Assembly: GCA_973895155.1 (NCBI GenBank)
Contig: OZ316899.1
Coordinates: 11,719,775-11,783,774, forward strand
DNA: 64,000 nt
From: Marsupella aquatica
Taxonomy: Eukaryota; Plantae; Marchantiophyta
Reading direction: 5' to 3'
Both the position numbers and the translations under genes were made by a program. The notes under the pieces were generated by a model that was not told the DNA's origin, did not search any database, and saw nothing but the letters and a program-made list of their open reading frames with translations. Below are positions 48,910-61,500 of the stretch, one piece after another (within the stretch, counting starts at the first letter, position 1; each line of letters opens with the position of its first letter).

Positions 48910-51863
48910 ACGCCAACATGTCCTCCATGTGAATCTTCAGAGCCCGTGCACCGTGCTCCTTTGCCAACTCCCTCTCTGTCGGCAGCAATGGTCGTCCATG
49001 CTCCTTCTCCTACACACCCCTTTCACATGCCACCCCACCTAATGTAAATTATTGCAACCATACCCTGGCCTAAACACCTCAACCCTTAAACATTAAATTA
49101 CCATTCAAAACACTTAGCCGTTCGTCATCGCCAAATTAAAAATTAAAAATTAAAAATTTTCCGATACTAAAAGAATCGGTGCCCTCAATGGTTCCGATTG
49201 TTTTATAACTTCCGATGTTGCATCCGATACTTTAAGAGTCGGACTGAAATTGGACATACAGTTCAAGAGGAAAAAAACTAAGGCATACACGCGTACCGTA
49301 GCAACTCGATCAATGGCACTACAAACAAAGACCTTGCGCAGGTTTGAAAGGCAGGCATTTGTCAATTGGCCTCAGGTGATATGGAAGGAGGACTGTTGCT
49401 GCTGAACAAAGGCATGGAGAGGAGGGGAGTGGAGCACTTACAAAATTGGCCTTGAGACGCTGCGAGCCACCCTGCCCCATCTTGTGAGTAACCTTTGGCC
49501 TCTTTTCCACTCTCAATAGAGCCTTCGTTAGCCAGGATGGTGGGTCTCCAAGCTGTGTTGATCTCGTTGACCAATCTTGAAGCTCTTGATGCATGGCCTC
49601 AGTACTCACGAGCTCCCCTTGTTGAATCTTTTTCTGAGCTTCTGTGATTTTAGCTTCCCAGTGTCGTGTGGCTTGCCAAGCTCGAACCTGCAATTCTTCT
49701 TCAAGCCAAGCACACCAGGCATCGTCGGGAATCTCACCACCCGGGCATCCACCTTTCCTGATCACCTCCTCATCCAGTTTGCAATCAACCAGGTACCTGT
49801 GCATCTTCTCCCTTACATGATTTTGCATGTCTGCAAGTGAGACTGAGATTTTTTGTTTAAGAATCGATCATCCAAGAAAGACCCATTCAAAAACCTCTCC
49901 TTGATTTGCTCTCTAATTCAAAATCTCTCATCCTGCTTCTTCTTCCCCCAATAGTCCATGGGGCCAAAATGAGACCTCACAATCTGCCTGAGCTGACTCC
50001 GGAACAAACGATAACTCTTGGACAGTGGACCCCCTCCCTCATTCATAAATAGTTTTGGCCTCTTGGCCCTTTCCTCTGCCTTCCTCTTGTCCTCCTCAAT
50101 CCTCTGTCGTTCTGCAGCTCGAGCCTCCCTTCGTAGGCTCTTCTCCTTTTGTCTTGGGGAAAGGGCCTCAATTGGTCTCTCTCCCTCATCCTCCCTTGTC
50201 CTCCGCTTCTTCTTCCTTTGCCTCTCCTCCTCAAGCCTACATTCAAATCTCTTCTCTGCATCAGTCATGGCTGCCTTTTGGGAACTATCGATCAGGCCCT
50301 GAGTAAGCTGAGCTGCCTGCAGTGCAACCTCTGCAGAGAGGCCCACCTTCTCCCTGAACAATTGGACCATGATCTCACCATAGCTCATGGACGGCCCGAC
50401 ACCATCTCCCCCTCCAGCATTGCCTTCCATAGCTGCAAGCTCCGCAAATGTGCTTGTCAAGTGCTTCCGACGTTTGTCCCGACTGAAGTGCTTTCACACT
50501 TTAGTCGGGAAACCTAAAACCCTAAAAACCATAAAGTCCGATACTTTTCATATCGCAACTTCCGACCCTAACTGCATCGAAAAACGTATCAGAAATACCG
50601 ACATTGTGAGAATCGGACCCCTCTATAGTGTCGGACCTAGCTAGCCCTCCTTTGCGGTTTGTTAAGGATTATAATTAGAATGGGATGACCTTGGAATTTG
50701 GATTCCTGTGTATACTATTGGCGCCCCCTTTTATGTTTTGGGGGTTACTTATGTGGATATTGTGGGCTTCTTTATTAGGTGTGGCATGCAAAGAACGGAC
50801 ATTTAGTTGGCGTCACAAAACACACACGCACACACACCCATTTTTGTTTGGTATGTATATATGGATGATATTGAATATATATGTACCTAGCTAGATATAC
50901 ATTGCTTTCAGGTTGAATCTAATTCAATTCCTATTTCACCATGGGGTTTGACATGCCATATGCATGGTGCAACTTTTGGGCACTAAGAATAGATTCAATT
51001 AAAAACTCAACATTCTAGTGTCGTGTTGTGTAGCTTGTTTTTTGTTTTTGGAGGGTCGGGTTGTTGGTTTTCCTTGGATTTTGAGTAGGGTTCATTTTGC
51101 CAATGCATTATGCACAATGAGAGTCCGCGCATTCAAAAGGTATGATATCCTCTAAAATATCTTAAAATCATTGGACATGATGCATTAGTTGTGGCATGGG
51201 ACTTTAAAATTGCACATCCAACTCTTCATTCATATTTGTTAACTTTATTAATTCTTGTTTTGTTAAGGTTGAGATGTATTCTTATCTCATCTTCAACTTC
51301 CCCACCTAGCCTATACGTGCGGGTATTTTGGATTGGCCTTAGCATATAGTCTAAGCCTTAATTAGAGCCTAGTTGGCACTGTAGAGCGCGGATATCATTC
51401 AGGTACAAAGTCCAACTTTGCTAATTATTAACATACAATTCCAATTTGGGTTAACTTCAAGTTAAGGTGATGAATGTTGAATTTGGGTAAAGATTTGTTT
51501 GTGTCTAATTAATTGGCAGACAATGTCAACTTCTAGGAGTGCGGATACAGATTTCGACTCCGACATGTCTTCTTCTTAGGGGGGAATTCCTCCCCCCCTT
51601 GAACGGCCTTGGGTGCCCCCTCCATTGGGCCCTATTCCATGATGGTGTGCTAGATGTAAAGGAATGGTGGTGCGTCAAGTGTGGCAGTCCATTGAACACA
51701 TTTAAAACTATGGGAGGCACGAGGGTGATTTACCAAGATATTCAGCTCGCCAGGTATTGCTTGACATAATCTCCACTATGATACACTATATATCATAATA
51801 GTTGGGTTGAGAACTTTAATTTAGGATACAATTATTAATTATTGTTTGTTTATGATTGAATAG

Positions 51864-52819
51864 GTGCTACGTAGGACCCCTACTCCATTGGTCTCTAGTC
51901 AACTATGACATGATGCATTCCTAGCTGGTGCTAGAGAGTTACTTGCATCATCAGTTGAAGATGCTGACCAAGCATCTACCCCCGCCCATGTTGACACAAA
52001 TGTTGTTTGTGAACCCACAGTGGTAGACTCAGAGCATGATAGACATGATGCACCACCACCTACTAGGGTTCTACGCACAAGACCCCATTCTCATAGACAA
52101 AGACGTCAACATGTAGTCATTGACACAGAACCAACCCATGAGCATTTTGGAAACAGTGATATGCCTCCACTAGGGGAAAAGTACATAGCAGTTGAAGGGA
52201 GGTTGGGCTTATCATATGTGACGGGCAAGGCAATGAGTGTCTTTAAGGATTTTTCCCCTGAGATATTTGCAATTCCATCTAGCATAGGTATTGAAATCCC
52301 GATACATATTTGGGGTCGGCAATGGATAGTGAAGGCATCGACCCTTGGTGGCGAGGTTGGATTAGGCTTATTTGCTTTGGAGGACATTGTGGTCCCTCCA
52401 AAGCCTTAGCGTTGTGGATATGATGGGGAGCACCTTTTCCCTTACATTGGGCCTGTGTATACATCCAAGAGTTGGAAGATCCTTTTACGCCAACATCCAG
52501 CTTGGGGGGTATATGCATTGCAGATGGACTCGGACCCAGATGAGGTCCTACAAAGGCCTTGGCATTGTAGGATGATTGATGGGGACCCTGTGCGTTCAGA
52601 TAACATAGCAGGGTACATCAATAGTACACATGGTAGAGGGCGAGGAGTGCAACCTAATGTAGAGTGGGCTCAGATTTTTGGTCCACCCACTCCGTCTTAT
52701 TATGTCACTCATATGGATGATCATGTGATGACAGTAGCCATTAGGAATATTAGGGCAGGTGAGGAATTGTTTTGTGACTATGAGTGGAACACACCCAAGT
52801 GGCTGTTCGATCTGGCCCT
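51864..52819 (+). pseudogene. SET-domain exon within the CACTA element
   Basis: VKASTLGGEVGLGLFALEDI..LFPYIG..IDG..NIAGYINS..PNV..VAIRNIRAGEELFCDYEW; one in-frame TAG at 52407. Confidence 0.8.
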
Positions 52820-52952
52820 AGTTAGTATACATATATATATATATGTATTCCCCATTTTTTGAGTAATATATTAAGAAAAATGTGTATTTTTGGACAACCC
52901 CATGAGCTGATTAACTCAAGCTTATATATATGTTTTATGTGTTGTATGATAG

Positions 52953-55900
52953 AATGCATATGTTGAGCCAGATGTTGGGGTATTACCACAAGCTATGCGG
53001 CAACACCTTGTTGAGGCCATGGAGGATTGGCAACAGGCCTCCCTCCCACCAGATGGCAATCCAGATGTCCCAACCAAGTACCAGATGCCTCCCAAGCAAG
53101 AGTTGATGAAGATAGGGCCATGGATGAGTTGATGCACCAATTCTATGACGATGTTCATGAGGAGGCTGATTGGGAGAACACTATAGAGGTCCCTCCTCCA
53201 TGTCAACAAGGTCAGCGGAGTTCATCCTCCAAACAATGGGAGGAAGCTCAACAACATGCTCAAACTCGGATATATGATGGGTCACGTTTGTCTCGTCTTT
53301 CAGCAATAATGTTGTTGTTGAACTTGCAGCAAAGACATGGAGCAAGCAACCTACTTCTCGATGATCTGTTTCGTTCATTGCATGATCTGGTGTTGCCAGA
53401 AGGAAACAACTTGCCAAACACTTGGAAAGAGGCTAAAAAGGTGTTGAAATCCATAGGCCTCAAGTATGAAGTCATACATGCTTGTGTGAATGATTGTGTT
53501 CTCTTTAGAGGCAATTATAAAGATGCAACATCATGTCCTGTATGTGAGAAGCCAAGGTATCGTGAGGACATGTTGACAGGAAAAGTACCTCAAAAGGTCA
53601 TGAGGTACTTCCCTCTTATACCTCGTTTGCGCCACCAATATAGATGTGTTGAGTTGGCTGAGTATATGGTTTGGCAGCAACAAATTAATGCATATGCTAC
53701 TGTCATTTGTTGCTTTCTATGATTATCCCTGGCCCTGAGCAAGTGAAAAAAATTGATGTGTACTTGCAACCATTGATTGAGGAGCTGCAAAAGCTTTGGA
53801 GGGGTGTGGATTGCTATGATGGAAGAGTGCAAACAAGGGGTTTACATCGAGAATTTAAGTTGAAGGCCATTCTTATGTGGACCATACATGATATTCCAGG
53901 TATGTATCTTTGTTAAATTACCCAAGCATGCTTTGTTATGTAATGAGTTAAGAGCACATCTTTTCATTAAGTTAATTATTTACTTATGGGCTATATTTTA
54001 AAACCATGCATATATATGCAGGGTTTGGATATATTTCTGGCCTTACCACATTGGGATATCAAGCTTGCCCAACTTGTGGACCTGATTTGGAATGAATAGC
54101 GCGACCAAAGTCCAAGACCTTACGGAAGATAGTGTACATTGGTCACACCAAGTACCTCCCTCCCGACCATGATTGGAGGAGTGACCCCTTTTTATATGAC
54201 ACTGAGGATGGCCAACCAGACAGACTACCTCCACCTATTCCAAAAGATCCAGCATATTGGAAAGAGGTATGGGGGAGAGTATGTGACCTAGATGACCCAT
54301 TGCAGTTTGCCCGGTGTGGCATGACTTGTTTATCCGCATTGTCACAGTTGCCTTATTGGGCTGAGATGCCACTTAACCATTTATTTGATCCTATGCACAT
54401 CGAGGGAAATGTTGGGAGGTCCTTGATTTGCCATCTATATGGAGAGAAAGACAACAACTGGAGAGAGAGTTGTGAAGAGATGGGGATGCATGGCCCTCAT
54501 GGTTTTTGGCCATCTATGGATCCCGATAATGCCCCCCTTACTATTCATCCTCCTTGGGTGTTGACAAGAGGTGAGCAAACTGAGTTTTGCAAACGCATTG
54601 GATCTATGCGATTTCCTACAGGGTATGGTGCTAATCTCCGCAAGGCATTTGGTGGATCTGACTCTCCAAAATGGCCAGCTTTCTTGAAGACCCATGATTA
54701 CCATCGTCTATTGCAGCATGTTATTCCAATTGCTATTATTGGATTGGGTAGTGAGGATCTTTGTGATGCCCTTTGGTCATTGGGTAAGTTGTTGATATGG
54801 GTGTGTCAAAAGGAGGTCAATGAGGATGAGGTTGCAGCAATGGAGGTGTTTGGAGTGGAGGTTGTGTGCAAACTTGAGAGGGCCCTTCCTCCTTCATTTT
54901 TTGACGGTCAGGTTCATTTTCTACTACATCTAGTGTGTGAGGTTGGTATTGCAGGCCCTATACATTGTCGTTGGATGTATTGGGTAGAGCGGTACATGGG
55001 ATTGATGAAGTCCTATGTTTCAAATTGTGCAAGGGTGGAAGGTAGCATTGCCGAGCGTCATCTTGGAGCAGAGAGCATGTTCCATTGTACAAAAATTATT
55101 GCTACACTTGATCCAAATGCTCCAAAGGGGTGGATAGATGAGGCATCAAGAGAAGTAGACTATGAGGATGACCGTTTGACAGGTGCAAAGGGAGAACGAC
55201 TTTTGGAACCTAGTGAGCGCACTAAACTCACCACGTTCATGTTGTATAACTCCCCAGAGATTGTTGGGGAGTGGACCACATTGTACGAGGAGAATAAGCA
55301 CAATAGTTGGAGACCACACTTATTTCCCAAATTCCACATGTACATGAAGGGGAAGTTGTTGGAGGTGGATGCCTTGGTGGGTATTGGGGAGAGTGTATCA
55401 CACTTCCCAAAGGTGACTGATGAGTTGCGCACCTTGGTTCATGGACCACTACTTACAATTACAACTAGGACTGCCATGTGGTCCAAGGGAAGACACTTTT
55501 GTGTGGAATGGATTGATGACAAGAGGGAAGCTACACAAGATTGTGGGGTGATGGGTTGGTTCACCCAAGATTCACAAAGTAGCATCTCTGACACAAACCC
55601 CATCCGTTCTACTGTAGCTCACTACGGAAAGATAGAAGAGATCCTTGTTGTAAAGTATCATGCGCATACAACATTGGAAGAGGTGGTGTTGAAGTGCAAA
55701 TGGTTTCGGATGAATCTTGTTGGCCACAATAGGACATGTGAAGAGGATCCTTGTGGTTTCACATGACTGAAGACAGGGGCTGTCATTAGGTCAAACTCCT
55801 CAGATCCTTTTGCATTCCCTCATCATCTTGAGCAGGCGTTCTATCTCCCTTATCCTGATGACCCGGAGTGGTCCATTGTGATGCCCTACATTCCTCAATC

Positions 55901-55979
55901 ACGGTCTATAGTCCAAGAACAACCAAATGTAGTTGTTGTTGAAGATTTGGAAACTGAGAATGTAGACCTAGTTACTTAG
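52953..55979 (+). pseudogene. CACTA transposase (Transposase_21, DUF4218 and DUF4216-like regions)
   Basis: YEVIHACVNDCVLFR..CPVCEKPRY..KVMRYFPLIPRL; IDVYLQPLIEEL; WTIHDIPG; DPMHIEGN; LKTHDYH; PPSFFDGQVHFLLHL; RWMYWVERYM. Intron ~53900-54021; apparent internal deletion near 53670; stops present. Confidence 0.9.
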
Positions 55980-57149
55980 GGATTCCATGGTAATAGCTAG
56001 GCAACTAGCACTAGCTATATAGACCTAAACGACCACTTGTCTCCGTGTATTGATTTCATAGGCATATATATATACCTTATTTACGTACATTGTAATTATC
56101 ACATTCTTTGTTGTTATTTTACTTAAATTGCTTCACTCTCCCCTCTAGCTAGTGACAAGTGCTCATTAAGTCCTACCACTTAACATCAAATGAAAGCTCA
56201 ATTCCAATTATATTCCTTTGAAGTTGACCCTTCCCATACTGTGTCCCATGTCCATACATTTGGAAAATTATCAGGGATACAATGACTTGCCTTAGAAGAA
56301 AAATGTAAATCCCCCCATGCCACTCCTAAGCCCCCACTCTAACAAAACCCAATTAGTCCGATTCCCAACAAAATGGACACCATATGCCATACAAAAACCA
56401 TCGGGAACCTTTTCCATACCAAACCATCGGATATTGTTTCCGTTCCTATCCGCTTTGTATAAAGATCGGAAACCATTACCGATACTATTTATATTGGAAA
56501 CATTTCTGTTCTTTCTAACATCACAAACAATATGCAAATATCACGGTATCGGATGCCTCCTGCTCCACGGCCATGACACTGTCCGATTTTTTGTGAATCA
56601 GAAAATTTCTGATGCAATTAGAATGGTACAATGCATCCGATAGTTTTAGTATCGGTAGTACTATTACCAATGTAGGTAACATGGCAAATATGCGTGGAAA
56701 ATAAAATCGGAAATTAACGATGTTGTGAGTATCGGAAAGCCACTCCGGCGCTAAAAAGAGTATCGGAAAAAGCCAAAATATGTACGAGTGCGCTCCTTTT
56801 GTTTCTCGGAGTTAGTTTTACTTTGGCATTAGGTTTTTGGAGTATGTTGTTAGGGTTACAAGTTTTTTCTCGTAGGTTTGGGATTTTTATTATCTTCAAG
56901 ATATCAATGTAATTGCTTTTTTAAGTAGTGCGTGTCGCTAGCGCTTGGTGCTACTAATATATGTTTTATTTTCCTCCACTATTATGTTAACTGCCTCAGT
57001 AAAATTGTGTCTTTCAACTCTCTCTTTTCTTGTGTCCTTTGAATATTTTGAGAATGTTAATGGCTTTTTTATTGTTAAAATTTGTTGTTTCTTGTTACTG
57101 TTATCTGTTTTCTATCATGTGGAAAACCCTCAGTTGTATGAGTACATAG

Positions 57150-58540
57150 TAGCATACAACTCGGGCATTCCAATCCGTCTTGTGTGCGACTACTGTTTTG
57201 TTAAGGATCTTTCCGATGATCCCATTTGCCCTCTCCGTCAGTCCGTTGGCTTTAAGATGGTACGGGATGGTCTTGCGGTGTTTGACCAGGTACCGTTCAG
57301 TAAGTCGCTCCACTGTTTTGGTGATGAAGTGCGTACCCCGGTTGCTGACTATCTCCAAAGGCGGCCCAAAGCGAGTGAAGATTTGCTTGTATATGAATCT
57401 GGTGCTGGTGGTAGCGTCATCCTTTATTGTAGCCCGGGCTTTGACCCACTTGGTTGAATAATCAATAGCAAGTAGAATGTACCTACATCGACGCCAATGA
57501 GTGACCAGTGTAAATGGCCCAATGTAATTGATGCCCCATTTCTCAAATGGTGCAAGCAAAAGTACGGAGGTGAGAGGGTGGTTGTGTGACTTTGGCATAA
57601 ATCACACCCCTTAATAAAGCGTTGTACATGCCGGTGTAGCGTGGGCCACCAATCTCCTAAATCTAGGATCTTTTGGGCAGTAGTGATGGCCGCAAAATGG
57701 CCCCCCGCTTCTTCTTCGTGTGAGGCCTACATAATGATGAGCATTTTCTTGTATTTGAGGCAGCGCCGTAGTTTCCTGTTAACTGTGCAAGTGGCCTTGT
57801 ATCATCATGTATGGCCCAGATTTGCATAAAAACACTGTTGCGGCCTCCTGATTAATCCCATTGGGTATCCACCCTGCCAGGAGGAATGTAATGAGTGGTC
57901 CGTACCAGGTGGACGTACCCTCCCCTACGTGTAATAACTCCTCATCCAAGAAAGTGTCGTTGATAGGCTGATTGGCGGGTACGCCATCCAATCATGAAAA
58001 GAAATCAGCGTTGAGGTGAGCCTTCCCTTGCCAAACCCTAACCTCATAATTAAACTCATGTAAGAGCAAACCCATCTGGCTATCTGTCCTATGACGTCCA
58101 CTTTGCTTACCATGTACTTCAGGCTATCATGATCCGTATGGAAAATGACTTTGTATCCTAGCAGGTAGTGACAAAACTTCTTACACAAATAGATAATTCC
58201 AAGGGTCTCCCGATCCATAGGGGAATAAGTTTTCTCGACCGTGAATACTTGACGGCTAGCAAAATAGATGGGGTGATCGCGACCATCCTTGTCCAGCTGG
58301 CTCAGTAGAGACCCAATGCAAAAGCCCAAAACATCAACGTACACATGGAATTCTTTATTCCAATATGAAGTTACCATGATGGGTGCCGTGGTGAGTCGAC
58401 GCCTAAGTTCCTCAAAGGCTATGCGTCTTTGGGGCATCTCTTTGATTACTGCATCTTTCTTCATCATCTCCATAGCGGTAGCGCAATTTTTGCAAAGGCT
58501 TTGATGAAGCGGCAATAGTAGCCAACGTAGCCAAGGAACG
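57150..58540 (-). pseudogene. Ty3/gypsy pol fragment (RT C-terminus, RNase H, integrase)
   Basis: FLGYVGYY..FAKIALPL; EFHVYVDVLGFCIGSLLSQ..HPIYFASR..FHTDHDSLKY; PFEKWGINYIGPF..LAIDYSTKWV..ANGLTERAN. The RT-RH-IN order indicates gypsy. Confidence 0.9.
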
Positions 58541-61500
58541 TGTGATGCCGCCCGCACAACTGGTAATGAGTAATACGGCTCAACCCGTGTTACGTACGTT
58601 GGAAGTAGACTTAGTAGCCCATAGTTATAGTAAAACGACACAAATTAGCTAGTCATAATGTTTAAGACAGGATTTAGTAATAATGGGGATTTGTGTTTGA
58701 GCTGGCAGTGCAGCACCTGACGTACCATCGGATTAAGGGCGCATTATGGTGGTTTGCCTTGGATCCGTATAACAGATTCGGAGACAGCCCACTGGCACGC
58801 TTTGACCCGGACCTGCGGAGTGGTTGGTACCCCTCGGGCGTGAAGGGCTCAGCCTATTACAGGCAAGAGGAACCAATCGGTTGACGCACCACAAGAGTAT
58901 AAAAGGCGAGCTCTTCCCTGTCTTGGGCCACTAGTTCACTCCGCGCGCCAGCTTTGATCCCAACCTCTCTAGTTTTCCTTGGAGCAATCATACACACCAC
59001 GCCTTATGTCGGTCACGATTATGTCCAGTTCTGCCATTTGTTTTTGGTTTCAATTTCTACACATCGGGAGCCATCTTGCAAAATCACTCGCCGGACACAA
59101 TCCGCGCAGATACAAAGCCGAGAGAGAGTACAAACAACTTATCTGTAGAAATGCGCACTCACACTACAACAACGACTTCACCCTCCCATTTGAGAGCAAG
59201 TACTTACGGAACAAGGAGATCACCAAATTCTTCTTTGATGGCCCAAAGTACCTTGGCTTTGGAGAAGCGCTCCTCGCACTCCCAGACAAAGTCTTCAGGA
59301 TCCCGGGCACGGTGGATCTCCAACGTCATCACTTTGACAATATACCTGCCCAAGTTCAATCCTACCTCAACTTTTGGTTTAACCAAAGTCCGAGTCTAGG
59401 CGGGCCCTCAATATTGACATCCCTTGGCTTCCCTTCCAAATTTTTGAGTCCTATATATGGCACCCCCTCCAGCTCCAACCAGCTTGCCAGCACTAGCACA
59501 GACTCCGCCTTGGCATCCATCTAGCCGTTCCCCATTGCCCATTGCACCATCTGCCCGAGTGCGGTCCGTGGTAAATGCAGTCAACCTCAGCTCAGAGGAC
59601 GAGGAGGCCCCTCCCCTTATCTGCAGTCCACCAGGTTCTTATGGGACCAGGCTGGGTACCACTTTGATGCATCAACAAACCCAAGTGGCGGCCCCGATGG
59701 ACAACGCGGTGATAGTGGTGGCCCCGGTGCCAGTACTTATGTCGGTAGCACTGCCGCCGCCTGATAGAGAGGACGGGGAGATGTCCCCCTACAAGTCACC
59801 CCGGAAACCAGTCTCGGGTAGGAAGAGGAAGGAACCCGCGGCTGTATCCGGGCTGCCCTTGGCCACAGTTGCGGTGGCCAAGCTGACCATGCATCGCATG
59901 GGGAGAATGTCCACAAGAACATTCTCCACCCCAACCATGCATGCTATCTGAAGACCCAAGGGTTTGAGCACCTCGCCGCTCTCCCTTGGAATACTTGCAG
60001 TTATTATGGGCAGGATATGACGGAGTTCGTCCAGAACTTTGACAAGGCCCGCCAACAAACCCGTGCGCATGGGAGAGTGATGTCCCTAAGCAAGGCAGGC
60101 TCAAGTTGATCTTCGGCCTACCTAAAGGAGTAAACCGGGTATAATCATGGGCTCCTGGGGGCAAGGGAGCCAAGTATCAGTCCTCTAGCTTCCCGAAAAA
60201 AGGAGCAGTGGACAACGGATTCTTGATGAGGACATGCCTCATCCCAGAGATAGCGGAGCGGTTGGAGTTCCAAAGGTACACCCTCCACATGATGGATCCA
60301 AGGGGCAAAATATCCACTACCCAAGTAATCCAGGTTGAGACTATCGGCCTAGGAAGTGGGCTTCTTTATTTGTCAAGAAGTTCCACGAGGAGATGGAACG
60401 AGGAAGGAAGACCTTGTACCTTAGCGAAAAGGCGTACCTTGCAAACCACATCGAAATAATCAAGTGGTGCGCCCATTTTGACAACCAAAACCTCTCGCGG
60501 CTCAACAAGCCCAAGCTAACCCCATCATGGTGGGTATTCTCGGCCCAAGAAAGGCAACCCCAACCCGAGGCCAGAAGTCTGGCGGCCGTGGGGCCCACAA
60601 CTACCCCGGCTCCGCAACTAGTCACTGCCGCCCCTCCTTTTGTACCAGACGATGCAATTATTGCAACCCTGGATTTGATCAACCAGGCTAGCGCGACCAT
60701 CGAAGCCGGGCTGGAGGAAGCCGGCCCCGAGACTGTGATTACGGAGGACACCCCGATACCCTCCACGACTGTCCAGGAGAACTCCCCGTCCCTTGCGGAG
60801 AACCCAGCCCCCTATGTCTTCATAGTCCAGGGACTGGACGTCATCACTCCGACCCCGCGCGAGCTGGGGTTTGTCCTTGCTCAAACCCAAGTGGGCATAG
60901 CCTGGAGTACCCATAACTCTTTGCACCGGGCACGTTTTTGAATGGGTTGCTAGGTGACTTCTCCCAACAAATTGCGCGGGATATAGGGGAGTTCATGGCA
61001 CGGAAGGTGGCCTACTTCTTCAACCAGGAATTGGTTGCGGCAGTACAAGCAAGGCATGCGCAAGCTGAGCTTGCGTGGAAGATAGAGCGGTATTGGGTTG
61101 AGGCTACCCACCTGAAAAATGAAGCCTCAACCCAAGAAACCAAGCGTCAACTGCTTCGACCTCAATAAGCGGCCGCATTGGAGCAAGTGGCCAAAGCTCG
61201 GGCCCAAGAAGCCTTGGCTGAATAGGCCAGAGCCGGGAGGGATGCCGAGATTGCACGGCTCCGGACCCAGATTGATGGTTTGAAGGGACAAGCCGTCATC
61301 TGACAAAAAGATGCGGAGGAAGCCGACGCCCGGGCCTAGCAAGACGCAGCCAAGGTGGATGCCCTGAAGGCGGAGGTAGCACGACTTCAAGAAGATGCCA
61401 CAAAATAGGCCCAATTGGTGGACAAGCTTACAAGCAACGCCCAACAATTGGAAGAGGCATGCTAGGAAGCCGCGGAGGAGATGGACGCGGCAAAGCAAGA

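Larger units (their letters stand above)
42907..50460 (-). pseudogene. CACTA second gene (TnpA/ORF2-like) with Gly-rich C-terminus, interrupted by LTR C
   Basis: Pieces 50460-~49440 (charged coiled coil; KVTHKMGQGG), ~49040-48915 and ~44090-42907 (acidic then Gly/Ser-rich). Divergent from the transposase. Confidence 0.55.
42093..56930 (+). mobile_element. CACTA (En/Spm) DNA transposon, left TIR not found
   Basis: Right terminus ..TTTTTTAAGTAGTG at 56930 (rc CACTACTTAAAAAA); TCGGA/TCCGA-rich subterminal zones at ~42130-42530 and ~56350-56770; transposase inside. Left boundary approximate. Confidence 0.75.

Noticed and set aside
49317-49330. CACTAC as the left TIR of the CACTA element
   Set aside because: The following bases (AAACAAAG) do not match the right TIR (TTAAAAAAG), the preceding 3 bp do not match CGT after 56930, and it lies inside the predicted second gene.
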